DNA of 64,000 nucleotides from Gekko japonicus (taxonomy: Eukaryota). Position 1 is the first letter of the stretch; the number at the start of each line of letters is the position of its first letter. The position numbers and the translations under genes are program-made. The DNA lies in NCBI RefSeq assembly GCF_001447785.1, contig NW_015174352.1, forward strand, positions 62,001-126,000, read 5' to 3'. Below the pieces are notes generated by a model. That model did not search any database. It was not told where the DNA came from and saw nothing but the letters and a program-made list of their open reading frames with translations. This document shows, piece after piece, positions 1-11,289 of this stretch.

Positions 1-26
1 CTGGAGCCTACATGTTGTATACTTAC

Positions 27-180
27 AGTTTTAGTGGTAGGAAAAGAAAGGGGTTTGTCTCGAACATATCCACTTCCTGGCTGGTACACGCTCCAAGGAA
101 GAGGGTGTTTCCCGTCTGGGAGCTGAAGTGGTTGGAAGTGCTTAGTGGTCGTTGACTCATAATTGTCCTGAAGGAGCTGC
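27..180 (-). CDS. SAXO4: SAXO4/PPP1R32 coding exon 3 (gene continues beyond the left edge)
   Basis: CAG acceptor (183-181) and GTAAGT donor (26-21). Translates (G)QLLQDNYESTTTKHFQPLQLPDGKHPLPWSVYQPGSGYVRDKPLSFPTTKT, matching human PPP1R32 ..QDHFQS..PDGKHPLPWS..SGY.REKP. Phase 2 in, phase 0 out. Confidence 0.92.
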
Positions 181-879
181 CTGGCTCAGGCAAGAGAACA
201 GGAACAAGGATCAGCACCTTGACCAAAGGGAGTATTCAGGCTTTCTGTGGCTAGAGAAGCACACAGATGGAGAAACTAAGACTGGCAGAATTCTGTCTTG
301 CCAGCAGAGTTTAAAATGGGTTACATTAAGATCACTTGCACTGTATTTATTTTCAAAATTCCTATTCCACTTTCTAGCAATTTTGCCTTCAAGGCAGCTT
401 ACAAGTACGTTTCAACAATTCAAAGAAGAATAAACAGCAAGAATCTTTCTACTCCCTCTCCAGTGTCAGTAGGGGTACTGGCTGTATGGTCAGCGGTGGC
501 AAAGCAGGTAAAAATGCTTGGATTAAGAGACTTCAGAGCAACGAAAAACGTTCTCTCTTAACTCCTCCATTTACCCAGGTTCCACTCGCTCATGGAAACA
601 TGACACTGACTTATACTAAATGAGACCATTGTTCTGTCACGGTCAGTATTGTATACTGTCTGTATCAGCAGCTATCTGGGTCCTTGTGTGGAGGTCCTTC
701 ATCATCTGCTACCCTAGCTCCAGCAGCATAGTGAGATGCCATTTAATAGGTCCTTGACTTGGACTTTGTTATAGTGCATTATGGGAACATGAGTGAGACT
801 ACCACAAATGGACGCCTGTTGCTTCTCCAGAGAAAACCTGAACTATGAAGATGTGATTTTGTTAGCACGTGGGCAGCAC

Positions 880-3570
880 GTAGCACGGAAGGTTATTCCA
901 GCTTCTTCCTGTGTGGTTCCGGGGTTCCCGGGGAAAGTACGAGATGTTCTGGGCTGGGGAGTCCCTCGCACCCGGCGCCAGTTACAGTCCTTCCTCAGGT
1001 TCGTGAACCTTTACAGAAATTTCCTGCCCAATTTCACCCAGGTCAGTTTGCCCCATGATCGACTTGTTGAAAACGAAGGGGAAGGGCCCAGATGCAACCA
1101 AGCCGGGGGCAGCGTTGGCTTGGAGTCGGGAGTGCCAGGAGGCTTTTGAATGCCTCAACACTTTGTTCACCTTGGAGCCAGTCTTAGCTCACCCTGATGA
1201 AACGAAAAGGTTTATTGTTCAAACTGCTGCGTCTGATGTGGCAATGGGGGGGGCAATTCTCCAGGAAGGGGGGGATGGGTTACTACACCCCTTGGCATAC
1301 GTGTCTAGGAAGTTTAATGACACAGAACGCAATTGGTCAATTTGGGAGAAGGAGGCGGGGGCCATAAAACTCGTCTTGGCCACCTGGAGACACTGGCTGG
1401 AGGGGGCGCGAGTCCCGTTCGAGGTATGGACTGATCATAAAAACTTGGAAACGCTCAAAATGCCCCGGTATCCAAACGCAAAACAACTCCGGTGGACTGA
1501 TTTCTTTTCCAAGTTCCAGTTCACCCTTCATCATTTTCCCGGCTCTGCGAACTCTTTGGCTGACACCCTGTCACGCCTCCCCCAACATGACAGCCAACGA
1601 GAAATTATTTTGGACTCGGTGTTCACGCCTTCCCACCTGGGCGGGGTGGTGACGACACATAGCCAGGCTCGCCCTGCTACCCTCCCCCCTGCATCACGCC
1701 CACCGGACACTTCACAGTTAGACAAGCTGGGGGGGAGTCTTGGCACAGCAAATTCACCTCTGCCTTCTCGGAGGGGGACAAGGCGATTGTTGATGCAGAA
1801 GGAGACTTTGAACTCCGGGCTGATGGCTGTTGGTACCATGGACATAAACTGTTCTGCTCTCTCTCGGGGGGGAGGTGTTGCAGGCCGTGCATGGCTCTAA
1901 ATTGTCGGGACACTTGGGTTTTGTTAAGTTCCTTCAACTCCTGCAGCAGCAATTCTGGTGGCCGCAAATGCGAAAGGATTTGTCCTCATTTGTCAAATCT
2001 TGCCAGATCTGTGCCATGAGTAAACCCCGGCCAGGGAAAACTCCGGGTTTATTGCACCCTCACCCAACCCCGAACCGACCCTGGGAAGTGATATCCATGG
2101 ACTTTATTACGGATCTCCCACCAAGCAAGTCAATGACTGTCATTTGGGTGATCACTGTCATTTGGGTGACTTGTTTTCCAAGCAGGCGCACTTTATTCCA
2201 TTTACCTTCTTCCCCACGGCTAAGGCACTGGCCAAAGCATTTCTCCACCATGTAGTACATCTACACATGCTCCCGGCCAAGGTCGTCTCTGACAGGGGAA
2301 CCCAATTCGTTTCCCGGTTTTGGGGGGAGCTGATGAAACTGATGGGGGTGGAACGGAGCCTGAGCAGTGCCTATCACCCAGAGACTGACGGTCAGACAGA
2401 ATGAGTTAATCAGACTTTGGAGCAATATCTCCGTTGTTTCACAAACTACCAACATGATGATTGGGTTGATCTGTTGCCCCTGGCTGAATTCCGTTATAAC
2501 AACACTTGTCATTCCTCCACTGGACTATCCCCATTGAAGGCTTTGTATAGCTATGACAGCCCGCCAGTGCCTTTCCTGGAAGGGGACATTGATTTGGGGG
2601 GGGGGGATGCTGCTCAATGGTGTCAATGATTAAAGGAGTCTTGGCTGCTTCTTTGCAATACTTTGAATGCAGCCAAGGAGGCGTACAAGAGTCAGGCTGA
2701 CAAGAGAAGGGTAGAGGGATGGGCTTTGCAGCCTGGGGACTCTGTCTTTGTGTCTACAAAAAACATTCAGGTTTTGCGCCCTAGCCGAAAACTTGGTTGG
2801 AAATACCTGGGTCCTTTCAAGGTGAAAAGAGTGATCAATGATGTGGCTGTGGACTTAGATCTACCTAAGAACTTGAGGAAACTACATTCTGTACTTCATT
2901 TCAGCATCCTGAAACGGGATTCTGGTTCCAGTCCTTGACGTCCATCATGACTGGTACCCCCTCCTATCTTGACTGTGGGCGAGGAACATTACAAGATTTC
3001 TAAAATTTTGGACTCTAAGATTAAACGTGGAAAATTGTTGTATTTGGTTGAATGGCTAGATTTCGGATCCCAGCACCTCGAGTGGGTGGAAGTAGGGGAT
3101 ATTCGGGCCCCGCAGTTGTTACGGAAGTTCCATAGCGACTTCCTGGACAAACCGGGAGAACTCCCGGAATGACTGGGAGACCTCCCGGGGTGGACAGGAG
3201 AATCGATTTTTGAGAGGGCAGAATGTCAGCTATGCTGCCATGGCAGTGGGAGGGGTTGAAGGACCTGTGTACAAAGTACTGCAGCATTCCTTCTGTGCTT
3301 CTTCTCTGCTGTAATGCTTGCTTATCTATAGCCATGCAGGTGGTGTGGTGTCTACGAGTGAGGGAACTGTGGGAGCGCTGTCGGTTCCCAGCTTTGGCAC
3401 AAACGGCCTGGGGCTCCTTCTCCCATATGCGGGAATGTGGCTAATTGGCCCTATGCTTGTAGGGGCGACACCATTCTTAACAGTGCCTTTGTTAATGCAT
3501 CTATAGCTCTTCAATAAAGTACAACCTTTCTGATAAGTGTGTACTCTGTTGTTGGCTGTGGAACCTGACA
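880..3570 (+). mobile_element. 5'-deleted, decayed Ty3/Gypsy chromovirus LTR retrotransposon (RT C-terminus, RNase H, integrase, GPY/F, chromodomain, PPT, 3' LTR)
   Basis: Frameshifted ORFs with LQSFLRFVNLYR, RNase H (SDVAMGGAILQ..PLAYVSRKF..VWTDHKNL), integrase HHCC and core (MDFITDLP..VSDRGTQF..YHPETDGQTE), KYLGPFKV and chromodomain (ILDSKIKRGKLLYLVEW). PPT GAGAGGGCAGAA at 3212-3223. Left boundary approximate; no gag, protease or 5' LTR seen. Confidence 0.95.
3224..3570 (+). repeat. 3' LTR of the Gypsy element
   Basis: Starts TGTCAG right after the PPT and ends CTGACA (6-bp terminal inverted repeat); AATAAA at 3513-3518. Confidence 0.9.
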
Positions 3571-3585
3571 GTGTGAGACACTTAC

Positions 3586-3703
3586 CCAACAGCTGGATTA
3601 TCTACTTTGTCCAGGCTCGGTTTGTATTGGACAACAGGTCGGAAATTGGCTTTGTATCCAGCTCCAGTGTGACAGCCATTCTGAGGATGGAAGCCCACCT
3701 GAC
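3586..3703 (-). CDS. SAXO4: SAXO4/PPP1R32 coding exon 2
   Basis: TAG acceptor and GTAAGT donor. Translates (G)QVGFHPQNGCHTGAGYKANFRPVVQYKPSLDKVDNPAV(G), matching human ..GTGYKSNFQPVV..LDNPA. 118 nt; phases fit both neighbouring exons. Confidence 0.92.
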
Positions 3704-3922
3704 CTAGCAAACGAACAGGAAGCAAACAGCAGTAGCCAAGTTTTATTGCCAGTGAATTCATTTATGTACTCACTATGTCTGTTTACTGCTTTTCTGCCAA
3801 GGCACTTAAGGTGGTCTACACCATAAGACAATGATTTACAATCTGTTTAACATGATCGGAATGGAAAACCAAGATGGGAAGGAAAGATGAAAATAGGCAC
3901 ATGTAGGTACCAGTGCTTACAA

Positions 3923-4678
3923 TCTCCCTATATTATAAAAGCCTTTTGGAGGCGGCACTCTCCAGAACATTCGACACGCTCTGGAATTGCTTGGCACCCT
4001 GGAGTGTCACTCACAGGGTGTCTGTCTCCACTGGCTGTGTTGCTGCCTCCCTTGCCATGGTCCGGCCCACAGAGGCGGCACCCGGCATCTTGGCCTCACT
4101 CTCCTTGCGGCGGGTGGACAGGACAGATGCTCTGGCAGCCAGGGACTGGAACCCGATTGTGCTGCTGCTGCTGCAGTCGTCCTTACCCCAGCACAAGTCA
4201 CCGCCTGCCCTGTGACGGACAGGACAGGTGCTTCGGTGGAGGGGGGCCCAGCCCGAGCCTGCTGCTGTTGCCTGAGCCCGGCCACAGGTGGCCAGCTGGG
4301 CATCTGCCAAGGTAGACTGGCAGGGAAAGGCCTCCAGCAGCCCCCGCCTCACCTCTCCCCGCTCATCCGCCCTGCAGGGATGGGCCTCTGGAAGCCCCTG
4401 CACCAGCTTTCCCCGGTTGCCCACCAAGCCACCAGAGGCCCCCGCGCCACCTCTCCCCGCTCGCTCACTGAGCCGGATGGGGGGAAGGCCTCTGGAGGCC
4501 CCCGCACCAGCTTTCCCCACTTACCCGGGGGAGCGGACAAGGCCTGGTGCCCTGGCCCGCTGGGGCCTCCGCCGGTGGTGGGGTTCGGGGAGGGGCCGTG
4601 GCCAGGCAGTCTGGCCCCCTGGGATCTCAAGCAGCGGGGGGAAGACACGAGAGGAGCCACTACGGGCCTTCTTCCTAG
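3923..4678 (+). mobile_element. Non-autonomous Helitron with GC-rich internally duplicated body
   Basis: A|TCTCCCTATATTATAAAAG start and ...GGGCCTTCTTCCTAG|T end (TC...CTAG inserted between A and T, no TSD). Internal duplicated units at about 4349-4415 and 4447-4520. Confidence 0.8.
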
Positions 4679-5619
4679 TATTACATAATGGCCAAGTAGA
4701 ACAGCTGATACAGAAGAAGAGTCGAAAGAGCCAAACAGCAATCAGTCTTAGCCAAGATGATCAGGATGACCTCTTATTTTACTTATCCTTTCTGATTTAG
4801 TCACATTGAGAGGTCACTGCAGGAAATTATTCTAGGAGAAGAGGACTGAAGCCTTATGGAAAAAGACATTTATTGGTGTCAGGCCCCAGTTAAGACACTC
4901 TCCACATACAATATTGGCAGTGAAATGCTTTATTAGAGATAGGCTCATTGTAGGTACAAGAACTTTTGTTAGGACTGAAGAAAACCACAGGAACATACAG
5001 GTTATAGGTAAAAGCTTGAAACCCCCTACATCCATATGTCACACCTACCCGATGGCATTGCTATGGCAACTCAGACAGATATATGGTGCCCTATCTAAAT
5101 TAGCCAGGCGAAAGAGTCTCCAAGGTCGATCTCATGAGAACCAACTCCTGGGGCCCAACTTGAGAAATGGTTATGGCTGCTACCCCCATGGACTCTCACA
5201 ACATACATCCCCCTCAGGAATTCCACCCCCCTTACCTTATGACAAGCGAAGGGAAAGAAAACGAAACTTAAAGAAATGAAAGTTAAGTTGACCTGATCTT
5301 GACAATCGGCCTGGAAGGGGAGATGAGGCTTCTCCAAGACCATGCAACTTTTGATTAATATGCTTTGCTCTGTTATGGTCCCAAAGCATTAACTAAGTTG
5401 TTTACAAGCATGCTCCTCATGCCCTGGTTGTGCTAGAGGTTTTGCAAATGTTGGACATGCATCAAACTTGTGGCATCCACATTGTATTGCATGCACTATC
5501 TGTCTACACTGCTGTCAAAGTCAGGCACAGCCACTGACACAGTAGGAGGCAGGACAATAATACAAGAGGTAAAAAGTGATGAGGAGTGAAGGTGAAAATA
5601 AGCAAATGTGGGTACCAGC

Positions 5620-6516
5620 TAGGATTACCAACCTCCAGGTGGCGGCTGGAGATCTCCTGCTGTTACAACTGATCTCCAGGTGACAGAGATCAGTTCGCCT
5701 GGAGAAAATGGCCACTTTGGGAGGTGGACTTTATTTATTTTTTATTTATTTAACTTTCAGTTTATATACCGCTCGAACCCCGAAGGGTCTCTGAGTGGTT
5801 TACACACGATTTTTAATTTCCTACCTAGGGCCACATTAACTGGGGGGAAGTGTTACCCTACCAGCACCCAGGCAGCTCTTGTTGGCTCTTTCCAGCGGGC
5901 TTCAGGTGTTCTTCTTGGCGGTCAACCTCCTGGAGCCTTGGGGAGGGTCTTGCTTCCTTTGGGACGGGTCTTGCTTCCAGCGACTTCCTCTGGCGGGCTT
6001 TTATCCTGAGGCGCAGCCACGCGCCAGCCACAGCTCCGGCTATGTCCTGCTGGCTCCGCCGCGCCGCGCCGCAACGACTCCACCTCCACCCAGTCTCCGT
6101 CGCTCAGCGTCACTAGGTCGCCAGGGCTGCCCGCCGATCGATCCGCCGCTTTGCTCGCCAACCGCTCCGCTGTTCTGCCGCCGCACACCCCACAAGGAGG
6201 AGGAGGGTGCCCCCTGCCATCTAAGGCAGGTACCCAATTTATCTACTCGCATTATGCTTATTGCGCTTTCGAACCGCTGGGTGGGTGGGAGCTGGGACTA
6301 GGGCTGGGAGCTCGCCCCGGCCGCGTGGGTCTCGAACAGCCTTAGTGGCCGTTCAGTGTTGTTCCTGCAGGCATTTAACTGCCTGCGCCACCGCTCCCTT
6401 TTGGGACTTTATGGCATTATACTCCTCTGAAGTCTCTCCTCTCTCTGAACCCCTCCCTCCACAGGATCCAGCCCCCAAATCTCCAGGAATTTCCCAACAC
6501 ACAGCTGGCAACCCTG
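5620..6516 (+). mobile_element. hAT (Blackjack-like) MITE, split by a SINE insertion
   Basis: TAGGATTACCA...TGGCAACCCTG termini; degenerate 8-bp TSD GTACCAGC/GTACTTGC; same body as the copy at 16821-17035. Confidence 0.75.
5735..6403 (-). mobile_element. Composite tRNA-derived SINE: Sauria-SINE-type head, CpG-rich insert, L2-type 3' tail
   Basis: A box TGGCGCAGGCAG and B box GTTCGAGAC, Sauria core (GTTCGAAAGC..GAGTAGATAAATTGGGTACC), tail ..GAGCGGTATATAAA..(TAAA)n; TSD GGACTTTAT at 5726-5734 and 6404-6412. Confidence 0.75.
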
Positions 6517-6628
6517 GTACTTGCACTTACAATGGTCAAGAAGAGTGATCGGGAAGAATGGCCAGTGCAGGAAAAAAGGAACACCCCCCCCCACACACAC
6601 ACACACCCCTTACTGATAGGGTCCTTAC

Positions 6629-6734
6629 CAAAAGCTGTGCCATAGCTGGTGGCGTAGAATTTCAGGGGGTCCATACTTCCACCAGAACTTGTTTTTACAT
6701 AGGGAGAAACGATCCCCAGGGGAAGACGCCCCAT
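6629..6734 (-). CDS. SAXO4: SAXO4/PPP1R32 first coding exon
   Basis: MGRLPLGIVSPYVKTSSGGSMDPLKFYATSYGTAF(G), near-identical to the human PPP1R32 N-terminus (MMGKLPLGVVSPYVKMSSGGYTDPLKFYATSY). Donor GTAAGG at 6628. A CAG acceptor 5 nt upstream of the ATG implies an unlocated non-coding first exon. Confidence 0.95.
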
Positions 6735-7344
6735 CTTCTCTGAGGATACACAGACGGATTTCCTGATGTAAGATTTCCCTGGAGAAATAGAGATTGAAGA
6801 AGATTGACCACTGATCATTTTGGATAGCTGGGGGTTCTGCTTTACCTCAGGAAGGAAACTGGCACTGTGGCCTGTGACAACCATTTGTCTAGAGTGTGCA
6901 CATCTCCCTAGAAACAGAATGAGGATGCACATGGCACTATGATGTCACAGTGAACACAGAATAAAGAGAAGGCTGATCACACCCTGATCCAAACCCATAG
7001 CCCTGTAGGGATAACAGAGCAGTGTTGAGCCCTTGACAGTGTACCAACCACCTAGTGCCTGCTGGAGGCGGTGTCGGGCTGGGCCTTGGAGCTCTCCGGA
7101 CTTATAGTTCTGGGGGATTTCAGCATCTTCCTCCACTCAGGCAATGGACTTGGTGTCTTCCACTGGAACTCACTCGGGATGTATCAGATCCCACCCATCA
7201 AGCAGGCGACATGCTAGATTTGATCTTTGGCACGGGGATAGATGTGGATCTGAGTGCAAGTGATGCAGTGCCATGGTCAGGCCACCTCGTTCTGAAGGCA
7301 TGCCTGAGTACCCGAGCCCCTCCCTGCTTAGGCGGCAAGCAGAT

Positions 7345-8507
7345 TTATTGTTTATTTATTTATTTATTTAATTCAATTTCTATCCCGCCTTGCCTGACAA
7401 GCAGGCTCAAGGCAGCGTACAATAATAATTTACAATAAAAACAGATAAAATTCTAACAAAATATAAAGTGCAGATTAAATACAAATGATAAAGTGCAGAT
7501 GGCGATCGTGGTAGTTGGCCCTGTATGACTAGACCAGTATCCCAAAGAAAGTGCCAGTAATAGATGTTCAGTAGCTCATTCAGTGGCGGCTCCTAATCGA
7601 AAGCCTGGTGGAAGAGCTTGGTTTTACAGGCCCTGCAGAACTGTAGAAGGTCCCGCAGGGCCCTGATGTCCTCTGGGAGCTTGTTCCACCAGTATGGAGC
7701 CACCACTGAGAAGGCCCTAGATCTGGTGATTGCCAGTCTGGCATCCTTGGGGCCAGGGACAGTCAGGCAATTGTGAGTCCCCGACCTCAGTGCTCTCTGG
7801 GGAATGTGTGGGGGAAGGCGGTCCCTCAGGTAGGCAGGCCTCTGGCCATATAGGGCTTTAAAGGTCAAAACCAGCACATTGAAGTGAATCTGGTATGCTA
7901 TTGGCAGCCAGTGCAGCTCCCTCAGCACAGGCCGGATGTGCTCTCGAATAGAGAGGCCCATCAGCAGCCTGGCTGCTGCATTCTGCACTAGCTGCAGCTT
8001 CTGGATTTGGGACAAGGGCAGCCCCATGCAGAGAGCGTTGCAGTAGTCCAATCTCGAGGTGACCATAGTGTGGATCACTGCTGCCAAGTCATTGTGTTCG
8101 AGGAAGGGAACCAATTGCCTAATCAGCCATAGATGGTAAAAGTCTGCCTTGGCAGTGGCTGCTACCTGGGCCTCCATTGTTAAGGCGGCATCCAGGAGCA
8201 CTCCCAGACTCCTGACCCTTGGCGCTGGCACCAATGGCGCCCCATCGAAGGTTGGTAGTGGGATCCCTACCCCCGAGCTGCTCCGACTCAGGCACAGGAC
8301 CTCCGTCTTCATTGGATTCAATTTCAATCGGCTCAGTCTAAGCCAGCCCGCCACGTCCTGAAGCGCCCACTCCAGGTCACCTGGGGTTGAGTCAGACTGA
8401 CCGCCCAGCAACAGATATAGCTGGGTGTCATCAGCGTATTGGTGACACCCAAACCTGTGCCTCCGGGCTGTCTGGGCAAGGGGTTGCATGTAGATGCTAA
8501 ATAACAT
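7345..8507 (-). mobile_element. 5'-truncated L2 LINE (RT C-terminal ORF of 304 aa plus 3' tail)
   Basis: HQYADDTQLY, SRLDYCNAL, QLVQNAAARLL, LHWLPI; (TAAA)n tail at about 7345-7372. Confidence 0.92.
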
Positions 8508-9257
8508 CTTTATGCTTGCTCACAGAGACTGATGCATCCAATAGGGTTTCAGAAGGCTCTGTGGGAGCTGATGCCCCCTGGCGACTCGTTGGATGCACTG
8601 GCAGAAGACTGGCATGGCCGTCTTTCTGAAGCCATCAATGAGATTGCTCCCTGACATCCTCTTCACCCCATACCAAACTAGCTCCTTGGTATACCTCGGA
8701 GCTCCAGAGGATGAAGTGGGTGCTTAGACAGCTAGAGCAAGTTTGGTGACAGACTCATGACGAAGCTACAAAAACATCCTATAGCATGTTTATGAGATCC
8801 TATGAGGTGGTGGTGAAGGCAGCAAAGAAAGAATTTTATGCTGCCTCCATCGCATCCGCTAGCTCTCACCCAGCCCAATTATTTAGGGTAATTAGGTCTC
8901 TAACATCCCTTTCTGAGGGAACCCAAAAGGTCAATAATTTGGAAACCATCACTGGATCCTATGGATCTGGCCAGCTACCACCCAGTATTGAACCTTTTGT
9001 TCCTGGGGCAAGATAGTTGAGAGAATGGCAGGAAAACAGCTCCAGGGTTTCCTAGAGGACACATCAATACTGGACCCATTCCAGTCTGGTTTCTGCCCTG
9101 GTCATGGGACAGAGACAGCCTTGGTTGCCCTCACAGATGATCTCCGCAGACATCTGGATTGAGGCGGGTCAGCACTGCTGTTGTTAGTCTATCAGCAGCG
9201 TTTGACACGGTTGACTATGATTTGTTGACTCTCTGCCTTGCCAACATATGGATTTAA

Positions 9258-9544
9258 GAGCCAGTTTGGCGCAGTGGTCAAGTGCACGGACTCTAATCTG
9301 GGAGAACCGGGTTTGATTCCCCACTCCTCCACTTGCACCTAGCTCGATGACCTTGGGCAAGCCATAGTTCTGATAAGAGCTGTTCTTGAAAAAGAGCAGT
9401 TTCTGTCAAAAGCTCTCTCAGCCCCACCTACCTCACAGGGTGTCTGTTGTGAGGAGGGGAAGGGGAAGGAGTCTGTGAGCTGCTCTGAGACTCCTTCGGT
9501 TAGTGAAGGGTGGGGTATAAATCCAATCTCTTCTCTTCTTCTTC
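9258..9544 (+). mobile_element. Squam3-type tRNA-derived SINE
   Basis: GAGCCAGTTTGGCGCAGTGG A box, GGTTTGATTCC B box, CACCTACCTCACAGGG core, (CTT)n tail. Confidence 0.88.
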
Positions 9545-11289
9545 CCTTAAGGGACAGCCTTGAAGTGGTTTGTCTCCTTTCTCCAGGGTCAGGGACAGAG
9601 GGTGGCACTAGGGGAAAGTTTCACCATGACACCCATTCTCTTCTCAATGCTATTTAACATCTACATGCATCCTCTTGCCCAGCTGACGCAGAGTTTCAGG
9701 CTGGGTTGTCACCAGTATGCTGACGGCACCCAGCTGTATTTGTTGATGGCCGGCCGGCCGGCGGGACACTGCCCAAGAAAATCTGGCAAAGGGATTGGAG
9801 GCTGTGGCTGGATGGTTGAATCAGAGCCAGCTGAAATTAAATCTGTCAATGATGGAGGTCCTGTGGATGGGGAGTTGAGTCTTGGGATCGGGTATCCAAC
9901 TCCCGACTCTGGACAATGCTCCTTTAACCCCAGTGCCAATGGTGAAGCATCTGGGTGTGATTCTGGATGCCTCCCTTTCAATGGAGCCCCAGATCACAAA
10001 GGCTGGCAATTGGCACCCTTCCTATCTCGACCTGACCTAGCCACAGTGATCCATGCAATGGTCACCTCCAGACCAGATCACTGTAACTCACTCTAGGCAG
10101 GGCTACCCTTGAGGCTGACTTGGAGATTTCAACTGGTCCAGAATGCAGTGGCATGGGTCCTTACAGGAGCCCCTATTAGAGCCCATATACAACTGGTGCT
10201 CTGCCAGCTCAAGGTGTTGGTTTTAACCTTTAAAGTCCTTCATGGTCTGGGACCAACGTATCCTCAGGACCGCCTCTCCTGCCATCCCCCCCCCCAAGAG
10301 CATTATGTTCTTTGAACAACAACACACTGACAATCCTGGGACCAAGGAGTACTCACCTGGCTTCAACTAGAGCCAGAGCCTTTTCGGCTGCAGCTCCAGC
10401 TTGGTGAAATGTGCTTCCACATGAGATCCAGGCCCTGCAGGACTTGGCACAGTTCTGCAGGACCTGTAAAATGGAAATGGACTGCCAAGCACATGGGTGA
10501 GGTCAGGAGAATCCCCACCTATACAGATTCTCCTGCCTCTTCCTCCCCCTTTTCTTCCCCTGGGACAGTGTCATAGTGTTGTTATTCTTATGTGCCATCT
10601 GATAAACCGTAAATGTTGGGATTGTTTTAAAATTGTATGTTTTAATTATAATTTTGTTTGTTACATGTTGTGACATGCTCTGAGCCCCATGATAGTGGGG
10701 GAGAGTGGGATACAAATCAAAGAAATAAATTTCTTGATTGTGGCCCATAAAACATGGTAAACAGCCAAATTTTCTTCAGATACAAGATACTGGAGAGGAT
10801 AATAAGGATTACGATAATTTCATTTACTGTCACAGCTTTTCTCACTGGGACCCAAGGGGGATTACATGTGATTTAAAAAAAAAAAACCCTTTATAGTCAA
10901 TCACTAAGCGGATTACAAGATACAATAAGTTCTGAATTTAACAGCAAAGATTTCTAGTAAGACAAAATAATGCAGTTGGGCTGGGATTGTAGAACAGTGA
11001 GAAAAAAACAGAACAATGCATGCAAACATATCTGTTTAAGGCAACATGACTGTGTAGGAAAGATTTATCCCTGATTAAAGTCACCTCCTGAGCTGAATCA
11101 TTACACTGCAGCTTTGCTCCTTCTACAACAGTATCCTGCTGACAAATTGTGTTTTGCATATTTTGCAAAATGATAGAAGCATGGGGGCCTTTCTGTAGCC
11201 TCAGGTAAACCATTCCACAACCTTGTAGTGACCACAGAGAATTTGGATGAATGAGCAATTGCCAATTTTACCTGTTTTCAGGGTGGCAC

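Larger units (their letters stand above)
7000..10730 (+). mobile_element. Decayed L2 LINE (endonuclease to RT to 3' tail), interrupted by a reverse L2 and a SINE
   Basis: THQAGDMLDLIF (APE endonuclease), QSGF.PGHGTETAL, HQYADGTQLY, QLVQNAVAWVL fragments; (TAAA) tail near 10725. Boundaries approximate. Confidence 0.8.

Noticed and set aside
1055-3172. Domesticated Gypsy-derived (Mart/RTL-like) gene
   Set aside because: Multiple frameshifts and stops, and it retains a PPT and LTR; an ordinary decayed provirus.
3887-4800. Multiple long overlapping ORFs as a gene
   Set aside because: Low-complexity GC-rich Helitron interior with no recognisable domain.
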